64,000 bases of DNA from a virus (lineage: Duplodnaviria > Caudoviricetes). A program made the translations under genes and the position numbers. Below, piece after piece: positions 8,492 to 17,667 of this stretch; position 1 is the first letter of the stretch, and every line of letters begins with the position of its first letter. The notes below the pieces were generated by a model. It did not search any database. It saw only the letters and a list, made by a program, of their open reading frames with translations, and was not told the origin of the DNA. The stretch spans positions 830 to 64,829 of IMG/VR virus record IMGVR_UViG_3300043409_000415. One strand, given 5' to 3'.

Positions 8492-9373
8492 ATGGCTTAC
8501 CCTACGATCGACGCCCCCTACGGGCTAAAGCCAATCAATTTGATTGGTGGTCAGGTGTTTGCGGGTTCCACCCGTAACCTCCCGATCCAATACGGCTATG
8601 CTACCAATATCGGTTATGGCGATGTTGTTGGTCTGGTGCGCGGCTTTGCTACTCGTCTGGTTACTACCACCGGTGCTACCGCTCCGACTGGTGGACCCGG
8701 CTCTGGCATGGTCGGTGTGTTCCTTGGTTGCTCGTACACGAACCCGCTGACGAAACAGAAGCAGTTCTCGCAGTATTGGCCCGCTTCAACGCTGGCTGGT
8801 GATGCAGTTGCTATCGTTTGCGATGATCCGGATACGATCTTCAAAGCGGTTGTTTGCTCAGCTACCACTGTTATTGCTTCTGGTAATAACGCGATGGTTG
8901 GTCAGAACTACCAAGGCATTGACAACGCGCCTAACGTCAACAACGGCAATTCGGTCAACGCTCTGCTGTACTCGGCGACGATTGCTACTGCTGCGTTCCC
9001 GTTCCGTGTTATTGGTGTGAATCCTGACACCGCTGTGGCACTGGGTACGGCTACTTGGGCTTCGGGTACTACTACCCTGACCACCCAGGCAAACGTTGGT
9101 TTCGCTGTTCCGCTTGGTACTGATGTTTCGTTCATCGCTGCTAACGGTCAAGTGATCAACACCGGTTCGTTCGTTACCACTGCCATCGCTGCTAACGCAA
9201 CGACCAGCGTGGTTCTGAATGCTCAGTATGGCGTGGTTACTGCTGGTGGTACTGCTGCAACTGCAACTGTTGTGCCTTCGGTTGGTACGCAGATTGTGTT
9301 TACACAATACCCGGAAATGCTTGTGAAGCTGAATTTCAGCAACCATGAGTACTACTACGCTACCCCATTCTAA
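8492..9373 (+). CDS. Capsid decoration/minor capsid protein
   Basis: Beta-rich A/T/G composition, APYGLKP start, directly upstream of MCP. Confidence 0.6.
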   Translation: MAYPTIDAPYGLKPINLIGGQVFAGSTRNLPIQYGYATNIGYGDVVGLVRGFATRLVTTTGATAPTGGPGSGMVGVFLGCSYTNPLTKQKQFSQYWPASTLAGDAVAIVCDDPDTIFKAVVCSATTVIASGNNAMVGQNYQGIDNAPNVNNGNSVNALLYSATIATAAFPFRVIGVNPDTAVALGTATWASGTTTLTTQANVGFAVPLGTDVSFIAANGQVINTGSFVTTAIAANATTSVVLNAQYGVVTAGGTAATATVVPSVGTQIVFTQYPEMLVKLNFSNHEYYYATPF

Positions 9374-9384
9374 GGAGCTAAATC

Positions 9385-10296
9385 ATGGCTATTTCACGCG
9401 CACAACTACTTAAAGAACTCCTGCCGGGCCTGAACGCTCTGTTTGGTCTGGAATATGCTCGTTATGGCGAAGAGCATAAGGAAATCTACGACACCGAAAC
9501 TTCGGAACGTTCGTTTGAAGAGGAAACCAAGCTGTCTGGATTCTCTGCCGCTCCGGTGAAGAACGAAGGCTCTGCCATTGCTTATGACAATGGTCAGGAA
9601 GCTTGGACCGCTCGCTACAACCACGAAACCATTGCTCTGGGTTTCTCCATCACTGAAGAGGCGATGGAAGATAACTTGTACGACAGCTTGTCTGCTCGTT
9701 ACACCAAGGCTCTGGCTCGCGGTATGGCGTATACGAAGCAGGTTAAAGCTGCTGCTGTAATTAACAACGGGTTTACCTCGGCTGTTACTTACGGTGACGG
9801 TGTTTCCCTGTTCTCGACGGCTCATCCGCTCGTCTCCGGTGGCACTAACAGCAATCGCCCTGCGGTCGCTGCTGACCTGAACGAAACCTCGCTGGAAAGC
9901 GCTGTGATTCAAATCGCAGCATGGACCGATGAGCGTTCGTTGCTGATCGCTGCTAAGCCCAAGAAGCTGATCATCCCGCCTGCTCTGATGTTCGTTGCTA
10001 CTCGTCTGTTGGAAACGTCGCTGCGTGTTGGCACGACCGACAACGATATCAACGCCATCAAGAACAACGGCTCGATCCCTGAAGGCTATACGGTCAATCA
10101 CTTCTTGACTGATGCTAACGGCTGGTATCTGACCACCGACGTTCCTAACGGCCTGAAGCACTTTGTGCGGACCCCGTTGAGCACTTCGATGGACGGTGAC
10201 TTTGACACGGGTAATACCCGCTACAAAGCCCGTGAGCGTTATAGCTTCGGTGTCAGCGATCCGCTGGGTATCTTTGGTTCGCCCGGTTCGGCCTGA
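9385..10296 (+). CDS. Major capsid protein (HK97 fold, Mu gpT-like)
   Basis: MAISRAQLLKELLPGLNALFGLEY..., ARYNHETIALGFSITEEA, KARERYSFGVSD; strong RBS; terminator follows. Confidence 0.9.
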   Translation: MAISRAQLLKELLPGLNALFGLEYARYGEEHKEIYDTETSERSFEEETKLSGFSAAPVKNEGSAIAYDNGQEAWTARYNHETIALGFSITEEAMEDNLYDSLSARYTKALARGMAYTKQVKAAAVINNGFTSAVTYGDGVSLFSTAHPLVSGGTNSNRPAVAADLNETSLESAVIQIAAWTDERSLLIAAKPKKLIIPPALMFVATRLLETSLRVGTTDNDINAIKNNGSIPEGYTVNHFLTDANGWYLTTDVPNGLKHFVRTPLSTSMDGDFDTGNTRYKARERYSFGVSDPLGIFGSPGSA

Positions 10297-10360
10297 TAGT
10301 TTAGTCGCTTACCCGTTGATGACTTAAAAAGAACAAACGGCAAAGGGGTGAGAAGCCCCT

Positions 10361-10382
10361 GCCCACTTCGGTGGGCTTTTTT
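10361..10382 (+). terminator. Rho-independent terminator
   Basis: GCCCAC-TTCG-GTGGGC followed by TTTTTT. Confidence 0.9.
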
Positions 10383-10395
10383 ACGCCTATACTTG

Positions 10396-10424
10396 TTGTG
10401 TTTAAAGCATAACTGTGCTATAAA
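10396..10424 (+). promoter_or_regulatory. Sigma70-like promoter restarting transcription of virion genes
   Basis: TTGTGT-N17-TATAAA with extended TG. Confidence 0.6.
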
Positions 10425-10429
10425 CAGTT

Positions 10430-10503
10430 ACCGGACCCCCGGTACATCAAGCCGTTCCGGTCGGACGACATGCAGATTGATGTACTTATCTCGCATGTGA
10501 GGA
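10430..10503 (+). ncRNA. Double-pseudoknot structured leader RNA
   Basis: GTACATCAA/TTGATGTAC stem; CCG/CGG hairpin whose loop TCCGGT pairs with 5' ACCGGA; ACATGC pairs with GCATGT next to the SD. Confidence 0.6.
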
Positions 10504-10511
10504 AAATTCAA

Positions 10512-10985
10512 ATGGCTGTAGCTACCCACCTTGGCCCCTGGTTGCTTGGTACTGTCAAAGACACGACCGGAACCACCGCAGGCACGATCCGCAATATCGG
10601 CGCAACGCCGGTTATCCAAACGAAGACTGTTGCTTACGCTGACACAACTGCGCAGACGGTCCTAGCTGTCATCCCTGCGGGCTCGATGATCCAGAATCTC
10701 CAGTTCATGGCGACGACGGCTTACACGACCACTGGTCCTACCTTCACTATTTTTGTGAACGGTGTTCAGATTAACACTGGCGCAGCGCTGTCATTGGTTG
10801 GTAGCACGGGCCTTACTCTCGGCACGAACAACGCAGCGGGTGCGACTCTGGTGTCCAACGTTGGTACAGCCGACGCAATCATTAGCTTCACGCAATCTAA
10901 CGGTGGTGGTGGCACTGGTGCTGGCACGATGGTTCTTGCGTATCTGGTTCGTAACGCTGACGGTACTGCTGGCGCTAACCCGTAA
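10512..10985 (+). CDS. Virion structural protein
   Basis: MAVATHLGPW..., T/G/A-rich; ATG 10512 after GAGGA (track start 10470 lies in the RNA leader). Confidence 0.7.
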   Translation: MAVATHLGPWLLGTVKDTTGTTAGTIRNIGATPVIQTKTVAYADTTAQTVLAVIPAGSMIQNLQFMATTAYTTTGPTFTIFVNGVQINTGAALSLVGSTGLTLGTNNAAGATLVSNVGTADAIISFTQSNGGGGTGAGTMVLAYLVRNADGTAGANP

Positions 10986-10995
10986 GGAGTAGATC

Positions 10996-11253
10996 ATGGG
11001 TAAACAGACTAATTACAGTCCTACGTTCCCCATGTTCCCTGCGGGAGCGGCACTGGTTACCACTAGCGACACGGTAAACCTACCCAACCCCTCAGTGATC
11101 TATGTTGGGGGTGGGGGTGCTGTTCAAGTGACCACCGCAAACGGGGATGTTGTGCTTTTCAGTGGCCTAGCTGCTGGAAGTGTGCTCCCTGTGCAGGTTA
11201 TTCGTGTGTGGACGACAGGTCTTACAGCATCCCTGCTGATTAGGATTTACTAA
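10996..11253 (+). CDS. Small virion protein, possible spike-base/adaptor
   Basis: IYVGGGGAVQV...GSVLPVQVIRVWTTG; strong RBS. Confidence 0.65.
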   Translation: MGKQTNYSPTFPMFPAGAALVTTSDTVNLPNPSVIYVGGGGAVQVTTANGDVVLFSGLAAGSVLPVQVIRVWTTGLTASLLIRIY

Positions 11254-13452
11254 GTGGCCCTCGGGTTTAACTTTGGTATCCCCTCTTTTGGGTGGCGGGC
11301 CGGTGGCGGTGGTGGCGGTGCCACTGACCCTTATTGGCCCTATGTCTCCATGCTCCTGCACGGGGATGGGACCAACGCGGCGCAGAACAACACGTTCCTA
11401 GACGGTAGCACCAACAACTTCACCGTCACCCGCAACGGTAACACGACCCAAGGCTCGTTCAATCCGTTCGTCTCTACCTACCCCTACTCTGTTGCTACTA
11501 ACGGTGGGTCTGGGTACTTTGATGGGACGGGGGATTATCTTACTGTTCCTGATAGTACGGCTTTTACGTTTGGGACTAATGACTTTACTATTGAGTGTTG
11601 GATATATAGTTCACTTGCTGGCAACTATGGGATTATGAGTAATTGCGACAGTGCTACTAGCACTAGTTCCATGAGCTTTTATCTCGCTGCATTTGGGACT
11701 GGGGTGCAAGCAAATGCAGCGTATGGGTCAACTTTGGTTGGTGCTGGCGCACCGGCGCTTACGCCGAATGCGTGGAACCACATAGCCTTTGTCCGTGATG
11801 GAACAGTAACTAGAGCATATACCAATGGGGTACAGGGGTCAGGCACTGGCGCTATAGGTACAAACGCACTGAATGATTCAGTTAACCCCATGACTGTCGG
11901 TAGGTTGGGGAACTACGCAGCGTTGTACTTTAATGGATACATCTCTAATCTTCGTATAGTCAACGGCACCTGCCTCTACCCCAGCGGTACGACGTTCACA
12001 CCCCCCACAGCGCCACTGACCGCAGTCACGAACACTGCACTGCTGCTGGGCATGAGCAACGCAGCCATCTTTGACAACGCGATACTCAATAACCTTGAGA
12101 CGGTGGCTTCGGCGCAGATCAGTACTAGTGTGTTTAAGTATGGCACTGGGTCTATGAAGTTTGGTGGTACTGCCACAGATTACATGCCTACTCGTAAAAC
12201 TTCTGCTCTTACGTTGGGTAGTAGCGACTTCACTATTGAATGTTGGGTTAACTTCGCATCAGCTACCGCCAACGGATATTTTGCCGGGGATTACGACGGA
12301 ACCGCTAATTTTAACTTCTATATGTATGTTGCTAGTGGAACATTGCAGAATACTTGGAGACAATCTGGCGGAGGAAATATAGCCTGTATTAGTTCTGCTG
12401 GCGCTATAGTTATTAACACTTGGTATCATATTGCCTTTGTTAGAGACGGGAATACAAATCGTCAATACATCAATGGCGTACAAAATGGGACAGTAAGCGT
12501 TACTGGGTTAACAGCAGATACTAACGCCAATCCTTTGGCTATTGGTGCTGTTGGTTCTACCCCCCTTGCCCCATACTTCAACGGATACATAGACGACTTC
12601 CGCTTCACCAAGGGCATCTGCCGCTATCCTAGTGGGACCACGTTCACCCCGCCGACTGCTGCGTTCCCGAACCAAGGCTTGGCTCCTTTTGCTGGTGGCA
12701 CTCTTCAAACCCTTGTTGTTGCTGGTGGCGGTGGCGGTGGCGCTCCGCAAAGTGTTTTTGCGGCTGGAGGTGGCGCAGGGGGTTACTTAACAACCACAGG
12801 ACTTGGTGTGCCTTCTGGTGTTTCTCTCCCTGTGATTGTGGGGTCAGGTGGAGCAGTGGGCAGTGCTTCAGCAGGTGCAAATGGCGGTAACTCAAGTTTC
12901 TGGTCTTCATTAGCCTATGGCGGTGGTGGTGGTGGGTTAAGCGTAACTGTTGCTGGTCCCCCTTACACTAGTAATGCCGATGGTTCGGCGGGGCTATCTG
13001 GTGGGTCTGGAGGTGGTGGGGGTAGTCAATATTATCCATATGGTATAGGTTATGCCGCAGGGGCGGGGATAGCAGGTCAGGGATATGCCGGGGCGGTTGG
13101 TGGAGTTACTAGTACTGGGCCAAACGGTAGTGGTGGTGGTGGAGCAGGTGGTTCTCCTGTCGCGTCAACCGGAACGGGCGGTGCGGGGGTGGTTTCTTCT
13201 ATAACCGGAAGTTCTGTTACTTACGCCAAAGGTGGTATAGGAGATCTGGGCCCAAATACCACTCCCGCTGTAAATACGGGGTCTGGTGGTGGTGGGTATT
13301 CAACTGCAACAGCAGGAGCATCAGGCATTGTTGTGATCCGATATGCAGACTCATATCCAGCGGCAACTGCGACTACAGGTTCACCAACCATAACTGTAGC
13401 TGGTGGGTATCGCGTTTACAAATTCACCGCTACTGGCTCGATTACTTTCTAA
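11254..13452 (+). CDS. LamG/concanavalin-like plus glycine-rich domain virion protein
   Basis: Two DFTIECW...W[NY]HIAFVRDG...FNGYI[SD] LamG repeats and a C-terminal LVVAGGGGGG...SGIVVIRY glycine-rich domain. Confidence 0.85.
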   Translation: MALGFNFGIPSFGWRAGGGGGGATDPYWPYVSMLLHGDGTNAAQNNTFLDGSTNNFTVTRNGNTTQGSFNPFVSTYPYSVATNGGSGYFDGTGDYLTVPDSTAFTFGTNDFTIECWIYSSLAGNYGIMSNCDSATSTSSMSFYLAAFGTGVQANAAYGSTLVGAGAPALTPNAWNHIAFVRDGTVTRAYTNGVQGSGTGAIGTNALNDSVNPMTVGRLGNYAALYFNGYISNLRIVNGTCLYPSGTTFTPPTAPLTAVTNTALLLGMSNAAIFDNAILNNLETVASAQISTSVFKYGTGSMKFGGTATDYMPTRKTSALTLGSSDFTIECWVNFASATANGYFAGDYDGTANFNFYMYVASGTLQNTWRQSGGGNIACISSAGAIVINTWYHIAFVRDGNTNRQYINGVQNGTVSVTGLTADTNANPLAIGAVGSTPLAPYFNGYIDDFRFTKGICRYPSGTTFTPPTAAFPNQGLAPFAGGTLQTLVVAGGGGGGAPQSVFAAGGGAGGYLTTTGLGVPSGVSLPVIVGSGGAVGSASAGANGGNSSFWSSLAYGGGGGGLSVTVAGPPYTSNADGSAGLSGGSGGGGGSQYYPYGIGYAAGAGIAGQGYAGAVGGVTSTGPNGSGGGGAGGSPVASTGTGGAGVVSSITGSSVTYAKGGIGDLGPNTTPAVNTGSGGGGYSTATAGASGIVVIRYADSYPAATATTGSPTITVAGGYRVYKFTATGSITF

Positions 13453-13456
13453 CCAT

Positions 13457-14389
13457 ATGGCACTCGGATTTAACTTTGGCATTGCTTCTTATGGGTGGAA
13501 GGGCGGTGGCGCAAGCCCAAGTGCCCCAGCCACTCAAAGAGCCATTGTTGCTTTTGGTAACGCCAGTGATGGACTTGCTAATTGGGTTAGCATAGCTAAT
13601 CTTATCTCTAATACAGGCGTTGTTGCTACAGATACGGCAACTGTTGCGTCTGGCAAAGGTTGGGGCGGTGCCGCTACTTATGGTGGTGATAAAGCTATAT
13701 TTGGGTTTGGTACTAATGGCGGTGTCAACCTAACGGTTACAAATCTGGTGTCTAGTAGCGGGGTTGTTGCTGCGGATACAGCTACTTCTGGTACTACTGG
13801 AAGAATAGCATTAGTAGCCGCTGGCTACGACGCAGATAAAGCAATCTTTTGTTTTGGTACTACTGCTGCAACAAATTTGGTATCGAATACTGGGGTAGTA
13901 GCTTCAGATGTGACGTTTACCGCTGGGACCGTTAGAACTGGTCTTTGTGGTGTCAGATATGGTGGTGATAAAGCCATGCTCATTGGCAGTGGCATAGTTA
14001 ATTATATATCCAACACAGGTGTGATCGGAGCCGATGTATCTATAGTCTCTATTACGAATAGAAGTGGTGCAGGCGCAGGGCCATATGGTAGTACAGGGCA
14101 AGCAATAATGGCTTTTGGTTTTGATGCTGGATATATAACCACTGTAAATTTAATTTCCAATACGGGAGTTGTAGCTGCTACTACCGCAGGCGCAGGTAGC
14201 GGTAGAAATGGTCCCGTTTATTCTGGATACGGTGGAGATAAAGCCATAATAGGTTTTGGATCTAACAGTGCTGGTAATAAAACTGGATTGACTAATCTAA
14301 TATCTAACACAGGTGTTGTTGCTGCGGATACTGCGGCTGTTGGTACTGCTCGCGGGCTTACCTGCGCTGCTGGTTATTCTCTTACATAA
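13457..14389 (+). CDS. Repeat (putative beta-propeller) virion protein
   Basis: About 7 repeats of AIFGFG...NL[IV]SNTGVVA.DT...R...YGGDK; ATG 13457. Confidence 0.75.
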   Translation: MALGFNFGIASYGWKGGGASPSAPATQRAIVAFGNASDGLANWVSIANLISNTGVVATDTATVASGKGWGGAATYGGDKAIFGFGTNGGVNLTVTNLVSSSGVVAADTATSGTTGRIALVAAGYDADKAIFCFGTTAATNLVSNTGVVASDVTFTAGTVRTGLCGVRYGGDKAMLIGSGIVNYISNTGVIGADVSIVSITNRSGAGAGPYGSTGQAIMAFGFDAGYITTVNLISNTGVVAATTAGAGSGRNGPVYSGYGGDKAIIGFGSNSAGNKTGLTNLISNTGVVAADTAAVGTARGLTCAAGYSLT

Positions 14390-14392
14390 ATC

Positions 14393-14980
14393 ATGGCTTC
14401 TAAATTCAACTCAGAATTCAACTACCGATACCAAGTCATCGGGGAGACACCTTGGGAGAAGATCAAGACTCTCAAGGGTTTCCTAGAAGGCCGGGTACGG
14501 GCTGCTGCGCTGGAGAAAGTAGCTGATCTGAAGCATCAAGCTCTGGTCTTGGAGATTGAGCACCTCATCCGCATTGATGCTCTGCCCCATGTGATCCTAG
14601 TCAAACAGGCTGAACTGCTAGAACTTGAGTCTCACCTACCCGCCCAGACAGAAGCCTTCCAGTTGAACCGGGAAGAGATTGAGATGCTGAAACGTCTCTT
14701 GGCTGAGTTGTACGAGATTGCAGAACGCATCCCAGGTTACACCGATGAACAGATGTTTGAAGCAAACGCAGCAAACGAATTCACCATGACTATCGGCAAG
14801 GACATTCAAGCTGAGATCCTTGCCAACGGTAGACCGTCCCCTGCCAAGCTCCGTAATGCCATGAGCAACCCGCACACCTTTGCTGCGTTAAAACAATGTG
14901 GTCTTCTTCCTCCAGAAGCTGTTATGCTGATAGGTAGTGATAACCCGTTGCAAATTGAGTTAAAACAAAATGGCACTTGA
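14393..14980 (+). CDS. Hypothetical helical protein
   Basis: 195 aa ORF coupled to the repeat-protein gene. Confidence 0.7.
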   Translation: MASKFNSEFNYRYQVIGETPWEKIKTLKGFLEGRVRAAALEKVADLKHQALVLEIEHLIRIDALPHVILVKQAELLELESHLPAQTEAFQLNREEIEMLKRLLAELYEIAERIPGYTDEQMFEANAANEFTMTIGKDIQAEILANGRPSPAKLRNAMSNPHTFAALKQCGLLPPEAVMLIGSDNPLQIELKQNGT

Positions 14981-15218
14981 ATCTATCATTGCATTCGTTG
15001 GCGCAGCGTTCCTTCCAGTTCTGGGGTACTTCTTGAAAACAGTCATTGAAGATGTTAAAGAGCTACGGCATGATCTAGCGAACTTCAAGGCAGAGGTTCC
15101 CAAGGTATATACTCCCAAGACAGAGTTTGACCGGGACTTCAATCGGATCATGGAGCGCTTTGATCGCTTAGACCAGAAGCTCGACAGTGTTATTGCCGGT
15201 CGGCGCAAAGAAGACTGA
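14970..15218 (+). CDS. Small membrane-anchored coiled-coil protein
   Basis: N-terminal hydrophobic helix IIAFVGAAFLPVLGYFL, then heptads RFDRLDQKLD. Confidence 0.6.
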   Translation: MALESIIAFVGAAFLPVLGYFLKTVIEDVKELRHDLANFKAEVPKVYTPKTEFDRDFNRIMERFDRLDQKLDSVIAGRRKED

Positions 15219-15219
15219 A

Positions 15220-15585
15220 ATGCCCAGCACAAGCAAAAAGCAGCATAATTTTATGGAAGCTATTGCTCACAGTCCCTCCTTCGCAAAGAAGGCAGGAGTT
15301 CCCCAGAGCGTAGGCTCTGATTTCGCCAAGGCCGATAAGGGCCGTAAATTTGCAAAAGGTGGTGATACTATGGCTACTAAAGGTGTTAACCCATTCGCTC
15401 AAAAATCCAAGAAAGCTGGAGAAGCTAAGGGCAAGCCCAAAATGGGCGGTATGCCCATGAAGGATGGGGGCGGTGTCAAGAAGATGGCTGCTGGCGGTAT
15501 GTTCCGTTCGTCGGCTAATGGCATTGCCCAACGTGGTAAAACCAAAGCTGCTCAGCCTAAGATGGCTGGTGGCGGTAAGTGCTAA
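15220..15585 (+). CDS. Basic K/G-rich protein with xAxGG motifs
   Basis: MPSTSKKQHNFM...FAKGG...MKDGG...MAAGG...GIAQRGKTK...MAGGG. Confidence 0.75.
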   Translation: MPSTSKKQHNFMEAIAHSPSFAKKAGVPQSVGSDFAKADKGRKFAKGGDTMATKGVNPFAQKSKKAGEAKGKPKMGGMPMKDGGGVKKMAAGGMFRSSANGIAQRGKTKAAQPKMAGGGKC

Positions 15586-15596
15586 GAGGATAAATC

Positions 15597-16610
15597 ATGG
15601 CTAAACCTGTAAATAGGCTTACAGGCGATGCGCCTGATGGTCAAAATCCGAACAAAAAGTATGTCCCCACCAAGGAGGGTAGTTTTAAATACACTCCACC
15701 GCCACCGCCTAAGCCTGATCCAAGAGATGCTAATATCTTTACAGAAGAGAAGCTTCAGCGCTCAGGTGGCAAGATGAAAGAGCCCCCAATGGGCTTAGAT
15801 AGCAAGAAAAAAGGCGGTGTCATCAAGAAGCGTTTTGCCCGTGGCGGTGAAATTATGGATGACGCAGGCATGGACGCAGAGGAAGCATCTAGTAAAGCAT
15901 CTGGTCTTAAAGCCTCCAAGGGTGAGGATGTAGGGTTCTTTAAGCGGCTGATGATGGGAAATATTGACGCTCCTGGCTCTGAAGCTTATAACAAGTTTGG
16001 TGCTGGTCGAGGCAGAGTTGAGAACATGCCTGTTCCTGTCCGAGAAGCTAAACGTCTTTTAGATGATGTAGTTAAATCAGAAGTTACTAAGCAACCAGAG
16101 CGGTTCACCCCAAACGATACAAGCTCTGATGTAGAGAACACTTTTGCTTCCTCAAGTACTTCATCTAAGAAAGAACCTGCAAAGCAAGAAGCTGTAAAGC
16201 AGGTTAAGAAACCCACTCGGGTGGTAAAGAATCTTGATGGAGAAGCTAGAGAAGGCCCAGCAGCCCAGCTTGCTGCGGACAAGATGGATTACGTTTCACG
16301 CTCCGATACCATGAGGAGTAAAGGCAGGCCTGGGTCTATTTCTGAGTCAGATAAACCTAAACCTCCCGTTGGCTCTATGCGTGGTTATGGTGAAATTGCT
16401 AATTTAAATACCCTTGCAGAGCGCGACAAGAAATCCAAAGAAATGATGAAAGATGCTGATGAGCGAGATAGTTTCAAACGCAGAATAAGCAGTCTTTCTG
16501 GGGGTTTCAAAAGCGGTGGAGCTACTAAGGCCTATGCCCAAGGTGGTTCAGTCTCTAGTCGCGGCGATGGCTGTGCTCAACGGGGTAAGACTCGCGGGAA
16601 AGTCCTGTAA
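15597..16610 (+). CDS. Low-complexity protein with xAxGG motifs
   Basis: KKKGG, FARGG, FKSGG, YAQGG; C-terminal GCAQRGKTRGK. Confidence 0.7.
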   Translation: MAKPVNRLTGDAPDGQNPNKKYVPTKEGSFKYTPPPPPKPDPRDANIFTEEKLQRSGGKMKEPPMGLDSKKKGGVIKKRFARGGEIMDDAGMDAEEASSKASGLKASKGEDVGFFKRLMMGNIDAPGSEAYNKFGAGRGRVENMPVPVREAKRLLDDVVKSEVTKQPERFTPNDTSSDVENTFASSSTSSKKEPAKQEAVKQVKKPTRVVKNLDGEAREGPAAQLAADKMDYVSRSDTMRSKGRPGSISESDKPKPPVGSMRGYGEIANLNTLAERDKKSKEMMKDADERDSFKRRISSLSGGFKSGGATKAYAQGGSVSSRGDGCAQRGKTRGKVL

Positions 16611-16612
16611 TC

Positions 16613-16972
16613 ATGCGTGCTAGCCGAGGAATGGGGGATATCAATCCCTCTAAAATGCCTAAAGGTAAACGAGTTCAACGTCGGGATGATACCGACATTG
16701 AACAGTTTGCTGAAGGTGGCTCGGTTAGCCCCGCATGGCAAAGGAAAGCAGGCAAGTCTGAGAGCGGTGGTTTAAATGCTGCTGGGCGCGCATCTTATAA
16801 TAGAGCAAACCCCGGCAAGCCTGGACTGAAAGCTCCGCAACCAGAGGGTGGTTCCCGTAAAGATTCATTCTGTGCCCGAATGTCAGGCATGAAGAAGAAG
16901 TTAACTTCTAAGAAAACAGCGGATGACCCGGATAGCAGGATTAACAAAAGCCTTAGAAAATGGAAATGTTAA
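16613..16972 (+). CDS. Basic protein, C-terminal half DUF6321-like
   Basis: FAEGG junction then GGLNAAGRASYN...SFCARM...SLRKWKC. Confidence 0.65.
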   Translation: MRASRGMGDINPSKMPKGKRVQRRDDTDIEQFAEGGSVSPAWQRKAGKSESGGLNAAGRASYNRANPGKPGLKAPQPEGGSRKDSFCARMSGMKKKLTSKKTADDPDSRINKSLRKWKC

Positions 16973-17665
16973 ATGTCTACATCTGGTGTTCAATCATTCA
17001 ATCTAGACCTCAGCGAGATCGTTGAAGAAGCCTTTGAGCGCTGTGGTGCAGAGCTTAGGACAGGCTATGATTTACGCACTGCTCGTAGAAGTCTTAACTT
17101 ATTGTTCGCTGATTGGGCTAATCGCGGCATTAATATGTGGACTATTGAGCAAGGGTCTATCACTCTTGTTCCGGGCACAGCGACGTATGACCTACCAATC
17201 TATACCGTTGATCTCATGGAGCATGTTATCCGCACAGGAGCAGGTAACGCTTCCACGCAGGCAGATTTAAACATCACCCGCATCAGCGTTTCTACCTACG
17301 CTACTATCCCTAACAAGCTGACCCAGGCTAGGCCCATTCAGGTCTACATTGATCGCTTGTCACCCACACCCACGATCACTGTCTGGCCCACTCCTGACAA
17401 TGTCCAGACCTACACTTTTGTGTACTGGAGACTGCGCCGGATTCAAGACGCAGGCAGTGGTGTAAATACGATGGATGTACCGTTCCGGTTCCTGCCCTGC
17501 ATGATTGCTGGCTTAGCTGCGTATCTTTCTTTAAAGATCCCAGGAGGCTTAGAACGCAATCAAATGCTCCAAGCGCAGTATGATGCTGCATGGGAGCTAG
17601 CTGCTGGTGAAGACCGTGAGAAAGCCGCAGTAAGGTTTGTTCCTCGGCAGATGTTTATTAACTAA
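16973..17665 (+). CDS. Head-tail adaptor/tail tubular protein
   Basis: EEAFERCG...ARRSLNLLFADWANRG...VWPTPD pattern; position. Confidence 0.65.
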   Translation: MSTSGVQSFNLDLSEIVEEAFERCGAELRTGYDLRTARRSLNLLFADWANRGINMWTIEQGSITLVPGTATYDLPIYTVDLMEHVIRTGAGNASTQADLNITRISVSTYATIPNKLTQARPIQVYIDRLSPTPTITVWPTPDNVQTYTFVYWRLRRIQDAGSGVNTMDVPFRFLPCMIAGLAAYLSLKIPGGLERNQMLQAQYDAAWELAAGEDREKAAVRFVPRQMFIN

Positions 17666-17667
17666 TC

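Noticed and set aside
9406-10161. 251-aa antisense ORF over the capsid gene (also 8858-9346, 27169-27687, 35265-35867)
   Set aside because: Shadow frames produced by the codon bias of the sense genes; no recognisable motifs
10413-10427. CTGT-N7-ACAG resembling an SOS box
   Set aside because: Spacer is 7 nt rather than 8; better explained as the extended -10 of the promoter
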